Assembly (NCBI RefSeq): GCF_026571515.1
Contig: NW_026851633.1
Coordinates: forward strand, 434,001-498,000
Direction of reading: 5' to 3'
DNA length: 64,000 bases
DNA from: Ruditapes philippinarum
Lineage: Eukaryota
Part shown: positions 1 to 17,216 of the stretch, in pieces
Layout: each line of letters begins with the position of its first letter
Numbering within the stretch: the first letter of the stretch is position 1
Program-made: the position numbers and the translations under genes
The notes under the pieces: model-generated
The model's database searches: none
Seen by the model: the letters and a program-made list of their open reading frames with translations, nothing else
Told to the model about the DNA's origin: nothing

Positions 1-42
1 CTACAATGTATTACGATCACTTTTTGTGAAAATTAGAGAAAA

Positions 43-2680
43 ACAAGATATGTTTGTAAAACATGTATGCCCCCTATCAGCAGCCAATTATTCATGTGAT
101 AAGGTAATTATGCATGACTCCTGACCCAGTGATCAAACAATTAATAAGGGTTATCAAGTATCTACTGGTCATGACCTTGACCTTTGACCCCTTGACCCAA
201 AACTCAATAGGGGTCATCTGCTGGTCAAGACAAATCATCATACAAAGTTTGAAGTTCCTAGGCCTAAGCGTTTTTACTTAATTGATCAGAAACCGTTTTA
301 ACTTACAAGGTCAATGTGACCTTGACCTTTGACCCTTGACCCAAAATCAAATAGGGGTCATTTGCAGGTCATGACTAATCACCATGCCAAGTTTGAAGTT
401 CCTAGGCCTAAGGGTTCTTTTATTATTGATCCGAAACCGTTTTAACATACAAGGTTCAATGTGACCTTGACCTTTGACCCCAAAATCAATAGGGGTCATC
501 TGCTGATCATGACCAATCACTATGCCAAGTTTGAAGTTCCTAGGCCCAAGTGTTCTTTAGTTATTGATCAGAAACCGTTTTTACTTACAAGGTCGATGTG
601 ACCTTGACCTTTGACCCCTTGACCCAAAACTCAATAGGGGTCATCTGCTGGTCACCACCAATCATCATACAAAGTTTGAAGTTCCTAGGCCTAAGCGTTT
701 TTAGTTAATTGATCAGAAACCGTTTTTACCTACAAGGTCAATGTTACATGACCTTTGACCCCTTGACCCTAAAAACAATAGGTCATCTGCTGGTCATGAC
801 CAATCACCATACCAAGTTTGAAGTTCCTAGGCCTAAGGGTTCTTAAGTTATTGATCGGAAAGCATTTTTACCTACAAGGTCAATGTGACCTTTCCCTTTG
901 ACCCCTTAACCCCAAAATCAGTAGGGGTCATCTGCTGGTCATGACCAATCACCATACCAAGTTTGAAGTTCCTAGGCCTAAGGGTTCTTTAGTTATTGAT
1001 CGGAAACTGCTTTTACCTAAGAGGTCAATGTGACCTTGACCTTTGACCCCTTGACCCCAAAATCAATAGGGGTCATCTACTGATCATGACCAATCACATA
1101 CCAAGTTTGAAGTTCCTAGGCCTAAGGGTTCTTTAGTTATTGATCCGAAACTGTTTTTACCTAAGAGGTCAATGTGACCTTGACCTTTGACCCCTTGACC
1201 CCAAATCAATAGGGGTCATCTACTGATCATGACCAATCACCATATCAAGTTTGAAGTCCCTAGGCCTAAGGGTTCTTTCATTATTGATCGGAAACCGTTT
1301 TTACCTACAAGGTCAATGTGACCTTGACCTTTGACCACTTAACCCCAAAATCAATAGGGGTCATCTGCTGGTCATAACCAATCACCATACCAAGTTTGAA
1401 GTTCCTAGGCCTAAGGGTTCTTTTGTTATTGATCGGAAACCGTTTTTACCCAAGAGGTCAATGTGACCTTGACCTTTGACCGCTTGACCCAAAAATCGTT
1501 AGGGGTCATCTACTGATCATGACCAATCACCATACCAAGTTTGAAGTTCCTAGGCCTTAAGGTTCTTTACTTATTGATCGAAAACCGTTTTTGCTTACAA
1601 GGTCAATGTGACCTTGACCTTTAACCCCTTGACCCCAAAATCAATAGGGGTCATCTACTGATCATGACAAATCACCATACCAAGTTTGAAGTTCCTAGGC
1701 CTTAAGGTTCTTTAGTTATTGATCGGAAACCGTTTTTGCTTACAAGGTCAATGTGACCTTGACCTTTGACCCTTGACCCCAAAATCAATAGGGGTCATCT
1801 ACTTGTCATGACAAATCACCATACCAAGTTTGAAGTTCCTAGGCCTTAAGGTTCTTTAGTTATTGATCGGAAACCGTTTTTGCTTACAAGGTCAATGTGA
1901 CCTTGACCTTTGACCCCTTGACCCCAAAATCAATAGGGGTCATCTACTTGTCATGACCAATCACCATACCAAGTTTGAAGTTCTAGGCCTTAAGGTTCTT
2001 TAGTTATTGATCGGAAACCGTTTTTTGCTTACAAGGTCAATGTGACCTTGACCTTTGACCCCTTGACCCCAAAATCAATAGGGGTCATCTACTTGTCATG
2101 ACCAATCACCATACCAAGTTTGAAGTTCCTAGGCCTTAAGGTTCTTTAGTTATTGATCGGAAACCGTTTTTGCTTACAAGGTCAATGTGACCTTGACCTT
2201 TGACCCCTTGACCCAAAATCAATAGGGTCATCTACTTGTCATGACCAATCACCATACCAAGTTTGAAGTTCCTAGGCCTTAAGGTTCTTTAGTTATTGAT
2301 CGGAAAACCGTTTTTGCTTACAAGGTCAATGTGACCTTGACCTTTGACCCCTTGACCCCAAAATCAATAGGGGTCATCTACTTGTCATGACCAATCACCA
2401 TACCAAGTTTGAAGTTCCTAGGCCTTAAGGTTCTTTAGTTATTGATCGGAAACCGTTTTTGCTTACAAGGTCAATGTGACCTTGACCTTTGACCCCTTGA
2501 CCCCAAAATCAATAGGGGTCATCTACTTGTCATGACCAATCACCATACCAAGTTTGAAGTTCCTAGGCCTAAGGGTTCTTTAGTTATCACTCGGAAACCA
2601 TTTGGTCTACGGACCGACGGACCGACGGACCGACAAGTGCAAAGCAATATACCCCCTTTTTTTCAAAAGGGGGCATAATT
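43..2680 (-). mobile_element. Non-autonomous Helentron-type element (HINE/pearl/DTC84-like) carrying a tandem array, in the last intron of PACRGL
   Basis: Minus strand starts TTATGCCCCCTTTTGAAAAAAAGGGGGTATA (hairpin), followed by a GTCG/GTCC microsatellite (2608-2635) and ~17 units of ~145 bp. It ends GGGGCATAC...ATCTTGTT. The subterminal inverted repeat TATGCCCC/GGGGCATA is at 66 and ~2670. Confidence 0.85.
165..2600. repeat. ~145-bp tandem array (~17 units) with GTGACCTTGACCTTTGACC core
   Basis: The CAAGGTCAATG anchor recurs at 1598, 1743, 1887, 2032, 2177, 2321 and 2466, a period of 144-145 bp. Confidence 0.95.
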
Positions 2681-2736
2681 ATCACTAAATTCATCAATTC
2701 AATATAATAAAATAAATCTACAAAAAGGTCACATAC

Positions 2737-5926
<3,190 letters not shown>

Positions 5927-6550
5927 ATTTGAAATTTAATTTTGTTTTTTTTATGAAATCATCTTCATCCTTATCAAAGAATTTCTGAAAAATAAAAATA
6001 CACAAACATTTTGGTAGTATTCCAATAAATATTTTCTTGTTTTGGGTCATATCAAATGTACATTGGTCAAGTGAGTGTCTAATTCTACCACTGTTTTATA
6101 TGGGAATGGGTTAATACATGTACAAATGTAGCTAGCTTGAAGAGCAGGCCCAAAAGGCAAAGTGAGCCTTTTTAGTACCTGCTAGATAGTGATGGTTTTG
6201 AAAACTTTTGCCGGAAGTATTGCAATATTATGGGTAATAGACCAATCTCAACTTACAAGATAAGGATAAAAGCTGCGGAATTCTGATTGAAAACGAATTG
6301 TAGTCTGGTCTTCTACACACATCTATGGGAACCATAATTGGCCAGGGAACAATAAAATAAATGGAAGCAGTGCATAAAACACGGAATGGCACATTAAAAA
6401 CGGAAAATGTAAAATAAAAATAAATAATTTTCATATTATCATTCAATTTGTTTACTTCTGAACAAGTGATACATGATATAAAATTATAATTTAAACTATT
6501 TGGCAATACTTTTTTCATTATTTATACTCGTATATATGACTATAAAAATA

Positions 6551-6976
6551 ACGGCTGTCATTGAATATTGCGATATCGAATGGATATATCATCGATATTC
6601 ATCATACGATACAATATCGATACACACTTTCAAATATCAATACAAGCTAAAATTAATTCATTTCTGTTTATGAATATATCTGTATTATTTGCCTAATAAG
6701 AGAAGTCACTTTTTTTCAGCTGTCTTGGCTAACTTGTACTTTAAACTCTGTTTTCAAATGTCAGTGACAAAAATAACAGAAAAAAACAAGCTTTCTGTTA
6801 GTTTGTAGTATTTGTAATGTCTAATACAAGCATGAATAATACAATGATCCTAATTTTAAACACATATTTAAATGTTTTCATTGTATCAACTGAAGTCGAA
6901 ACATGATATATTAATATATCATCGATATTTGTCTCTCAATATATAAATACAAAATTGTCCATCAATGCCAGCCCTA
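6551..6976. mobile_element. MITE with short TIRs and ATCGAT-rich subterminal motifs
   Basis: GGCTGTCATTGA (6553) and TCAATGCCAGCC (6962) form an imperfect inverted repeat. (AT)ATCGAT(AT) is repeated at both ends. Confidence 0.55.
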
Positions 6977-7687
6977 GTTCTGGCTTCCATAACTTTATAT
7001 GTCTCTTTTATTTTGACGTTGTGCAACAGTAAAGTTATGGGTCAACCCTATTTGCAAAGGCTACCAGAATTTTGGCAGTTCGTTCGCCGTACATAAAAAC
7101 CTATTAAAATCACCCTTATTAATCAAATTTGGGTCAAATAAAAAATACCATTTGATAAACAAATCAATTTTGAATCAGTTCATGTTTTGTTTTTAAATGA
7201 AACTTCAATGACATTGTGTACCCAACTATTTGTTAGGGAAATATGTAGAAAATGTTTACCAATATGGAGTCTGCTTTCAAATGAAATCTCACGGGACTTC
7301 ATGTTTTGGGAATTTTAGCATCTATTTTTAGTAATGGACCATACACTATTTTTAGAAAGTGTATGATTTTAAATAAAAACAAACAAACAATGAATTATCA
7401 CTCAAAACAATATAAATCCAACATGTTTTGGTACAATGTCTGTTATTGAATAAATACACCATTATCCATAATTGCAAAGCCATGTTTTAAAATTAAAAAT
7501 AGCTTTTGGGTCAAGGGTCACCAAATGTCATGCAAAGGTATCCGAACATAAATTCTTGCTAGTCACGTGATAATTAGGGCAGAAATGGTGGTGAATTTTA
7601 TGAAATGTGAACCCACTGATAAACTTTTAGGCATTATTCATCAATCTAACGTTCTGTGTTCAAAATTATAGACTGAAGTGTCCCAAA

Positions 7688-9786
7688 GGTAATGTAACGA
7701 TTCGCCACACTAACGATTCGCCACATAACGATTCGACACAGAGTAATAACGATTCGCCACAGTTAAATAACTATTCGCCACGTGTTCAAATACATTTTTT
7801 TTCACATCTGTTTTCAAACTGTTGATGGAAAACCTTTTTCCGTTTTATATTTCATTTGTTAATTACATAAATTAATTACACTAAATACACATTTTATTGA
7901 ATAAAAACACACGAAAACCAAATATTTTATTAACAAAATTACATAACACATTTTATAACTTCGTTATTTATATAAACTGGAAAAATATACGTGTACGTAT
8001 ATTTAGTTTGTTTTGTAATTTGTCTTTGAATTTCTGATTATATTTAAATGCCATTATGTTTGTAATGTTTTGTACACGGACAATCTTTAAATGTGACATT
8101 TTTAAATGGATAAGTCATGCCTTCTACTACCTTTAAGGTCTTTTCTAGTAGATGTTTTCATTGCCTACTTAAGTTATAGCCATACCTACAATTAGAAGAA
8201 CTTCTTACGAATACAAACAGAACGTGTAAAGCGCATTACAACATAAAAATTACTATTGCGAACTTTTGGAAGGAATTTGAATTTGACCATCTTTTGAATT
8301 TCATGAAAAAAAATCTTGAAAGATTTTTCCAGCATTCTAAAGGATTTGAAAGTTAACTAATCCCGTTTGCGCCTACAGCTTTCTTTTTATAGACATTGAA
8401 TCAATTTGAAGGTATTAAATTGTAATTGCTATAAGTTATAAATAGATAAAAAAAATGTCTACAAATTTATGTGGGTATTTTATCTTTATTTATTTATATT
8501 ATTGTTTTAATGATTATGTCATTTAATAATGTACTGGAAATAAAATTTCAAATGTCATAGATGCATATGGTCTACGAAATAAATGTGGTCTCAAAGACTA
8601 CTAAACAATGGATAATTAGCCGAGAACATTTTTGGAAGCCTTTCTGTTTTATGTGACATAAATCAATTCAACTTGAAAGACATAATGTTTTAAGTCACAT
8701 TGAACACTTTGATTTTAACAATTTTTGAAAAAAGTTACAAGGACTGTTCTATCTCCAAATGTTTTCTTAGGTTTTAAAGCAAGGAAATATTAAAATCCAC
8801 AAATCTTTAACGATATTGAGTTGTTCTCCGACACCACGTTTAGTAGTTTTTAAATTTTCAAAATCCGACAATTAAGATAAAAAGTTATGCAATACTAAAT
8901 CTTTATATGCTTTTTTCTCAAAAGCAAAAAAATTGGCACTGAGAACAAAATGTTTTTCAAGCCACGCTGTGTTTCCACATTTTATACATGATGCCATCTT
9001 TGACACTTGTCACATGTAAGAGCACGTGGGTTACTGTAGATACATCTTAAACAGAATGAACAAGGAGGAGCTGGCATGATTCTGATTTCGTTATTTTTCG
9101 TTTGTGTACTATTTTATGTATGTGTTTAAGCTATTTAAACCCTCTTAATCGGCATATATCGGCTCGCTCAAATTAATTTGTAAACAAACATAAGCTTAAT
9201 TGCCGCATTGTTTTGAAATCTGAATACATTGTCAGATAATTAAAGGATTATTTCGGCGTCAATTAAATATTTCTACAACAATCCTAAGGTGATTGGCTTG
9301 TTTACATTAAAGGTGTGACAAATGTTTTACATATGCGTTCTTTAATCAATTATCGTAGATCAATTTTCGTATGAACACATGTTTTTGCAATACTTTGTTT
9401 AAATATTTGACATATATTATAATATATGAACTATATATTTATATATAAATATTAATTGACATATAATTATGTTTATATATGAGTAATTCAATAATTATTT
9501 CAACATATAATTACTTTCTTGTTAATGTACTCCTGTAATAATGTTACTTTGATAAATTGAAATCCGCGATGGGGGCCTTCACTTCATATTACTTGTATCA
9601 AGAAACATTATTAAATTATTGTCATTGTCAAATTATTAAAACAAAAGGAAAAAGTTTGTTGATTACTAAAAAATCATTGTTATAATCATACTGTGGCGAA
9701 TCGTTATTTAACTGTGGCGAATCGTTATTACTCTGTGTCGAATCGTTATGTGGCGAATCGTTAGTGTGGCGAATCGTTACTAATTC
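7688..9786. mobile_element. Non-autonomous DNA transposon with ~100-bp repeat-built TIRs and 8-bp TSD (MULE/Merlin/hAT-like; superfamily uncertain)
   Basis: Five AACGATTCGCCAC-type motifs at 7696-7780 are mirrored by GTGGCGAATCGTT at 9693-9779. TSD GTCCCAAA is at 7680-7687 and 9787-9794. No transposase ORF. Confidence 0.85.
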
Positions 9787-10436
9787 GTCCCAAATATATC
9801 TAACTAGCCCGGGTGTCCACGATACCGGTGTACATATTTTATACAAGGTGTTTTTCATATAAAATTTTTCTGATTTGAAAAAAAAGAAGGAATAAACAAC
9901 TTCATTAACATTTAATCCTCTTTAAAATACATTACAGAGTTCTGTTACTCTGAAATTCTCGCTCATTGCCAATGTAAACAATGGTCGACCATTTTGTATG
10001 ACGTAGTTAAACAGACCAGTGCACTGGTAAAAATGTTATTTATTTGGAAAGCCATCGCAGTTTTAATAGCAAATATATCATTTTAGCATTCTTGTATTAA
10101 TTTAATAATAATATCTGAAAAAAAAACAACACTTTATAACAACATAAAAACGTGTGTTTCAATAATTTACTGTTCATCTTTTATGACTCCCAAGGGATCT
10201 CTGTTTTAGAACCTTTTCCTCCCAATTACAGGTGTATATGTAGCTGGATTCAAAAATTCCCTTCACTTAATTTTAGTGTTATTGTGATTTTCTGGTCATT
10301 TTATATCATTGAATCAATTTTATTTCTATATGATGAAGATAAAATATCAATATAGCACTTAACACAGGCTCCCTTAAAAGACTGAATGAAACTGACTTTA
10401 ATTTTCACAAACTATTTTATATGCACTAATGGCTTT

Positions 10437-12302
10437 CAGGGTTCGACACTAACGGGGTCCCGGGATTCCGAGGATCCCAAAAAGTCGGGAGGAATCCCTG
10501 TGATTCCTAGCTGGGGATTCCGTTGGGATCCCTGAAAAATTGCTGTGTAAATTTTTGAAATTTTCTGAATTAATGTCATTGAATCACAAATATTAAAGAA
10601 AAGTGGTTCAAGAAAGAAAAGAAAAACCCCGCCGGTAAAATCTACACTCTTGAATTATGTTTAGTTTTTCTTTGTGCAGTGACTGCTATCAACTCATTTG
10701 CGATATAAAATGACAAAAATGTTTTGACTGAAGAAACATTCTTGTATACAGTAATTTTATATCATGCATTGACTTCATAAAATAGAGTTGTGAAAATTCA
10801 AAAAAGAAATGTAATTATCGTATAATTATTACACAAGCGATGTGTACTTCAAATTTGTGTTGATCGGCAATGCCGGCGGTAGCTACTGTACAGTTATCCA
10901 GTGTTTGTTGTTTGTTTTTTTATTGCCAAAATTCGGCACTTGTGACCATTGTAAATTTTCGTCAAAATTGTGAAAAAAATATAACTGGTGTATTTTTTCT
11001 CCCTACAGTAGACTACAGCAAAAGTATAATTAATAAACAAAATAAAAAGAATCCATACTTTTAAGTTTAAAATCCTTTTTGAAACTCACAGCCTTCAATG
11101 CTAAATTAAAAAACATTGTCTAACTAAAGTCTAAGTTCAATCAAGGTCACGCATTATTTACCGACAAGAAATACAAAAAATCCTTACGCGTTACATGAAA
11201 CATACAGCAAATGACGAAATATACAGCAAATGACGTATATTTCATCTGACAGTGCTTTTAGCCAATCAGTGTTGTTAGCTACATGACTGCTTGTATGGGG
11301 TGAGTGCCTTTGATGTGACAGGTGTCAAAACTTACAAAAAAATCAATACACAGGGAGGAAAGGGATCGGACATTTCAGTGTAAAAATTGAGAACAATAAA
11401 TTTGGATATTGCCCATCCTGTCAGGGACTTGGAGCAACTTATCATTTTTAAAAATGAAATCATTTAAAGGTACCGTACTTGTAATGCAAACAAAACTGTT
11501 TCTTGATATTTTTATTAGCTTAAGTAAAAGATTATCAAAATATTTAATTTACAACAATCTATGGGATTTTTCCTTTTAAACACAAAAATGTAAAATGAAA
11601 TCAAATATTTTTTTAAAGTGATTATAATTAAGAATTTCCTTAAAAATGACATGAAAGTAAATAATTATAGACAGTTATCCATACCAGACCTTTCTGGAAT
11701 ATGGAGCCTGATCATTACCTGTAACTTTTTAAAGATCTACATATGATAAGTGGGCTCTATTTCAGTGAACCCTAGGCTATCTGGGAAAATGTTTCCCCAG
11801 TTCCTATTTAACTTCAAAAATTCAAACCACCTTGTCAAGTCACATGCATTATACCTTCATTTAGATACAGAAACTGGTTCACAATTATCAACTCCAGGGA
11901 GAAAACGGGTTTTAGCAAGCTATTTTCAAATCGAACTCTTGTTCAGTGAGCTTAATGTTATTCTGTTTCCATGTTCATGTAAAAATATATTATGTTTTAA
12001 TTTATCTTAGCAGTCCAAATATATACTTTGAAACGCTTTTAAAACTTTAAATAGCATTATTTCCAAAGAGCTCATAAACTAGAAACTACATTTTCTGCAT
12101 CTGAAACAAGACAATATATCCTGTATATAGTCTCAAAAATGAAAAGAATTTGAAATTGAATTGCTGCAATCCCTTGTTATTCTTCACCTCCATATTTTAC
12201 TATTTTGATCTGAGGAATCCCTGACATTTAGGAGGAATCCCTGAATTAAATCTCAGGGATTCCTATGGGATCCCTGGTAAAAACAGTTAGTGTCGAACCC
12301 TG
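10437..12302. mobile_element. Non-autonomous hAT-like element, 17-bp perfect TIR, 5-bp TSD
   Basis: TIR CAGGGTTCGACACTAAC ... GTTAGTGTCGAACCCTG. GCTTT is at 10432-10436 and 12303-12307. GGGATCC/GGAATCC subterminal motifs cluster at both ends. Confidence 0.85.
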
Positions 12303-13195
12303 GCTTTCCATAGATTAATTTTTTCCCGCCAAAAATGATGTCAAAAGGTCAAGTGACATGTAATGGAGGTTGAATGACGTCTGCACCAGTCATTTTTTTA
12401 TTTTTTTTGGAAAAAAAAATGTTTTGTAGAGAGACCAATTTATGCAATGGAGAAATAGGATAGTAAAATAAAATAAGGTAGGATATGTGAAATATTTCCT
12501 TCATAAACTCATGAAAATGTTTAAAAACTTTGAAATAGCCAGTATTACTGGGAGCATGTCAAGATAAACACTCGGTAGGTGGCGTTGACAATGATATCGC
12601 GAGATTTGTTAATATACCGGTACAGTGGAGTCACCGGTATCATGGGGTTCGAGTATACCTGTATTAAAATAGCTTTTGTCCAGATCACGCAAATTTATTG
12701 AATTACAGCATGACATAAATATATCACGGTTCTGGTTGACTTTAGAAATGGGATTGGTTTCGGCGAACAGGTCTAGCAGTAGCAGTACTATAAAACCTGT
12801 TCGCTCAAGTCTCTTTTTATTATTATTATTATTATTTTATTTTAGCAACTTTAGCTATGACAGCCCTAATAAAAATGATATTATTTATCACGATTTATCC
12901 ATAATCTTGTTAAACAAATGTGCATTTCGTAGGCAACAAGTGCATTTCGCGAAATGGAGTCAATTTCACATTCTATTACAACCCTCAATATGCTAAGGCC
13001 TTAGAGTTAGACTTATTAAAGACAATATGTACGAATCGCCAGTGGGACGAATCGTTATAAATATTTATCATAATTAATTCTTGTTATCCCGACAACTTAA
13101 GCTATAAAACAGAATAAAACTGATTGTTTAGAATAAATGTATGATTACGTAAATTTTCTTTATCAATCATTTCACAATTTCACAAAAACATTTAC

Positions 13196-13260
13196 CTTTT
13201 TAGAGTAAATTCTAACAACCGGTGTTACGTTTTATTTATTTCATCGTGATATACTACAGG
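13196..13260 (-). promoter_or_regulatory. Candidate non-coding first exon/TSS region of PACRGL
   Basis: There is a donor-like AAAG|GTAAAT at 13195. The start-codon exon has an upstream acceptor at 5985, so a 5' UTR exon should exist. This location is a guess. Confidence 0.25.
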
Positions 13261-13802
13261 GCTTTAGGCTCTAAAGTGCTAAATATTGATAATTGCTTAT
13301 GCAATTTGAGAAGGTAGACAAGAGACCTGTCTGCTCTTTAATGATATCATGCAAATAGCAAAAAAAAAGATAAAATTGGCATATTAATTATAATACACAC
13401 CTATAAAATGTTAAAGAAAATATATTGGTGTCATGGAACTAAAACAGAAATTGAAAACTGCTATGTGTAATTAATAGCCAGTTAACCATATTTCTCCCTA
13501 TGGCCTAAAAGTTATAGACTAAGTGTCTTGGAAACAGAACATTAAATGGGGATTACTTATGGCCATAAATGTCATGCCAGCTTGGAAAAAATATTTTCAG
13601 TCCCATCATGTCAAAAAACTTCAGTTGAGTCCCTTTAATTGCTGATGCAGATTTTAAGTGTTAATGGCATTAAAGCTTCATCTCCATTTAAATCTTAAAT
13701 ACAGCTCTGTGACTTAATGAAAACTATAGTTGTTTCTAAAAATCAATCTTTAATGTAAGATCCTCCTGCAAATACTTCTTCTAGTTAGTTAGCACTTCTA
13801 AA

Positions 13803-14520
13803 TATTGCATCCTAAGATTCATGTGAATTTATTATTGCATTCAGAATCATGTCAATTTCTTATTGCATCCGTAGATTCATGTTAATTTCTTATCTCAACC
13901 AGATTAATGCTAATTTCTTATTACATCTAGATTCAAGCTTATTCCTTATTAACTAATTTCTTATTGCATCCAACTTCATGCTAATATCTTATTGCATCCC
14001 AAGATTCATTGTAATTTCTTATTACATCCAGATTTATGTGAATTTCTGATCACATCCAACTTCATGTGAATTTCTTATTACATCCAGATTCATGTGAATT
14101 TCATATTGCATCCAGATTCATGTGATTTTCTTATTGCCTTCAGATTTATGTAAATTTTTACTATACCAAACTTCATACTAATTTCTTATCACATCCAGAT
14201 TCATGCTAATTTCTTATCACATCCAGATTCATGTTAATTTCTTATTACAATTTCATGCTAATTTCTTATCACATCCAGATTCATGTTGATTTCTTATCGC
14301 ATCCAGATCCCTGCTGATTTCTTATTTCATCAAGATTCATGTTAATTATTTCTTATTACAGTCAGATTCATGCTAATTTCTTATTGCATCCAACTTCATG
14401 CTAATTTCTTATTGCATCCCAAGATTCATGTTAATTTCTTATTGCATCCTAAAATTCAGATTTATGCTAATTTTTAATTGCATTCAGATTCATGCTAATT
14501 TCTTATTGCATCCAGAATAA
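13803..14520. repeat. ~28-bp minisatellite (~25 units)
   Basis: Consensus GATTCATGCTAATTTCTTATTGCATCCA is repeated head to tail with variants. Confidence 0.9.
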
Positions 14521-15132
14521 TGTTAAAATTTCATTGAAACCTTGGCATACAAATTATTTTGCTAAAAAAAGGGGATAGTTCCAAATATGTTGATTGTGAA
14601 TACTTATATATTTATGAAACCATTAATCTTTTTTCTTTTAAATATTCCCTCACCCATGGACGCATACAGCTGTAAAGAAATTAACTTTGACCACATTAAT
14701 TTTTAACTACCTGATGTTGGTATTTACCTTCTTAATGTCTGAGATCCATCACATGTAGTCTTCTGTCTAATTACATTTAAAGAGAATAATCTTTAACTTT
14801 CTGCAATGGATACATAAAGCAGCCTCATGTTCTTAGTCAGATTTTTTATTCATCTTTGATCTGATATATATCAAGGGTCTCTACCTTGAAACAACCAATG
14901 ATCATGTTGAAGGAGAAAACATGTTTGTATAAAAACAACATCCAAAACCCTAAATTGGTTGGTTGACAGGTGACACTTGAACTAAAAGAAACTCTTTGTA
15001 TGAGCATGGTCAGATTCGCTATTGTCTTTTTGTTCTTAATTAAAAGCACATGCTCAACATATTAATTAGTACAAGGCCATTACATTGAATATAATCAGAC
15101 AGACTCAGCTAATAAAGGAATTGTATCAATTA

Positions 15133-15325
15133 GGGAGTGGTGGCCTAGTGGTTTCGGTGTCTGCCTCTCAACCCAGAGATCATTGGTTCAAGTCCTACTC
15201 AGGTCACAACCAGGTTTCCTTATATGGCTCAAGTACTGGCTACTTCCAGGAGGCAGACTGGAAATGATTGTGTTGAAAGAAATTGTTCAGCAATTGAGCT
15301 AAAATTTAATAAATATAAAACTAAA
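15133..15325 (+). mobile_element. tRNA-derived SINE
   Basis: A box TGGCCTAGTGG and B box GGTTCAAGTCC, followed by a non-tRNA body and an A-rich tail. Confidence 0.65.
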
Positions 15326-17096
15326 CCAACTGTGCCAATGATAAAATTGAAATATCTCTATGTGCAATTATAAACATTTGTACATAGTCCATAATTATAG
15401 AACTATTCTACACAAGATAACAATGGAAACATTATAACTTTTACATGCCAACCATTTTTTCCTGCATAACTGCCATGAAAAAAAAAACATTTTTTAAATA
15501 CAATTGCATAGATTTTACTAAAACACTGAATGAAAATGAAGAAGACATTTCTGTTTTTTATTTTTTTAATTCTACATAATTATTAGCCATATTCATATAA
15601 TCATTAACATTTAAACAATACAGGCTAAAACATTTCTATTACTAACCAGAAATTCACATCATGTGTATACAGGAAACATTTCAAATGAAGAACTTGTACC
15701 AAACATTGCTGCAGTGTGACACTAGAGCCATTTACATATGAACAAAAGTTTTCTACTGAATTGTCACCATATTGTTTTTAGAATGTCATAACGAAGGATG
15801 AAATAATCTTTAAATTTTGATTTTAGGTGAAATGTATGTCACACAGCCATTTTTTTTTTGCATGAAGGAGAACAATGAATCCAAATTTAATCGTGGAAAA
15901 AGAAACATACACTTTGCTTACCCTATTATTATTGTAATAGTTTAAAAATGGAAAAACAAAAATAATTTGAATAATATTTTCAACTTCATTTTTTTTTTAG
16001 AAACTAAATGTATGGGTCAAGTTACAAAACTGAAATGTATTACACAACATATGTATCACAGACAATGCTACTGAATAAAATACAATAAATAAAATAATGG
16101 AACAATAAATACATGTACGCACATTTGAAAGTAATAAAATAAATGATAAAAAGCAATTTCAACATAAAAAAATACATCTTATCATATCATTCATGACACT
16201 CATGTTTCAGCGTAATAAAACATTAGAAGCCAAGTAACGAATGACAAAAATCTGAACGCATATCCAGTATTGGTATATTAACTTCTAGGTTGGTCCCACA
16301 TCAATACAGTTCATTTATAAACATAAAAAGGAGAGACATAAAAATGGACATGGATTTTAATATCAACAAAAAGCTGTGTATAATCAAATCTATGGTCTCC
16401 AAGATCTTAAAATATATACATTTGAGTGAAGATGATTGATGACTACAATATATACATTCACATACAATAATGAGACATAATTTTACTGATGTTGACAATA
16501 AAATCATAACTAAACAAGATGCAATTTAATTAAAAAAATTATGCAATGAATAAAAACTATAAAAAACAATCAGTCCCAAACACTTGACTGCTATCATACA
16601 CTGTACTGTGTACATAATATCCTTAAAATTGAGACTTTTATCTTCCTAAAATAAATAATGAAGAACATACACTTTTGACAAAGCCATTTGAGCTAGTTTT
16701 AAAAAACAACAACATATTTTAAAGGCATTTTATGATTTATAATGGACACATTACTTCTTTTCCTTCTTTATACAAAACACGAGCATGTTCAACGTTTGCA
16801 CAACCTTGAGTCATATTCAGTTTGTAAAAAAATAACAACGAAAAAAAAGATCTACCTGAAAGTTCTGAGGCATCAAAAAAAAAATGTCAGCAACCTAGAT
16901 TGATTTTGCCCTTGGGTAAATTTATACACAATTAAAGCACAGCAATTTAAACTGAAGATGAAGTTGCCTAGATCTTTAAATTATCTTAATTTATTAAATC
17001 AGGCATAAGTCAAAGGGGAGTTTTACAACCCATTCATATGTACACATATTTGTCGACTTATGGCTGATTATATACAGAATAATAAGTTAGGTTTGG

Positions 17097-17216
17097 CTAT
17101 GAACCATATGGGATAATTTTACTGGCGGGACTCCATGGTGGTCGGAAATCTTCCCCTTCTTCCTCTCTAAGTTTCCTAAGTTTACGTAAATGTGCCTCTT
17201 TTTCTTCTTGTATCTC
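17097..17216 (-). CDS. MAP9: MAP9 alternative (distal) last coding exon
   Basis: Acceptor TTTTTCCTGTATGATTTCAG, then phase-0 EIQEEKEAHLRKLRKLREEEGEDFRPPWSPASKIIPYGS*. It is homologous to exon 19501-19620. Confidence 0.85.
   Translation of the reverse strand, partial: EIQEEKEAHLRKLRKLREEEGEDFRPPWSPASKIIPYGS

Noticed and set aside
165-2600. CRISPR-like regular array
   Set aside because: The units are contiguous with no unique spacers, there are no cas genes, and the context is a eukaryotic intron.
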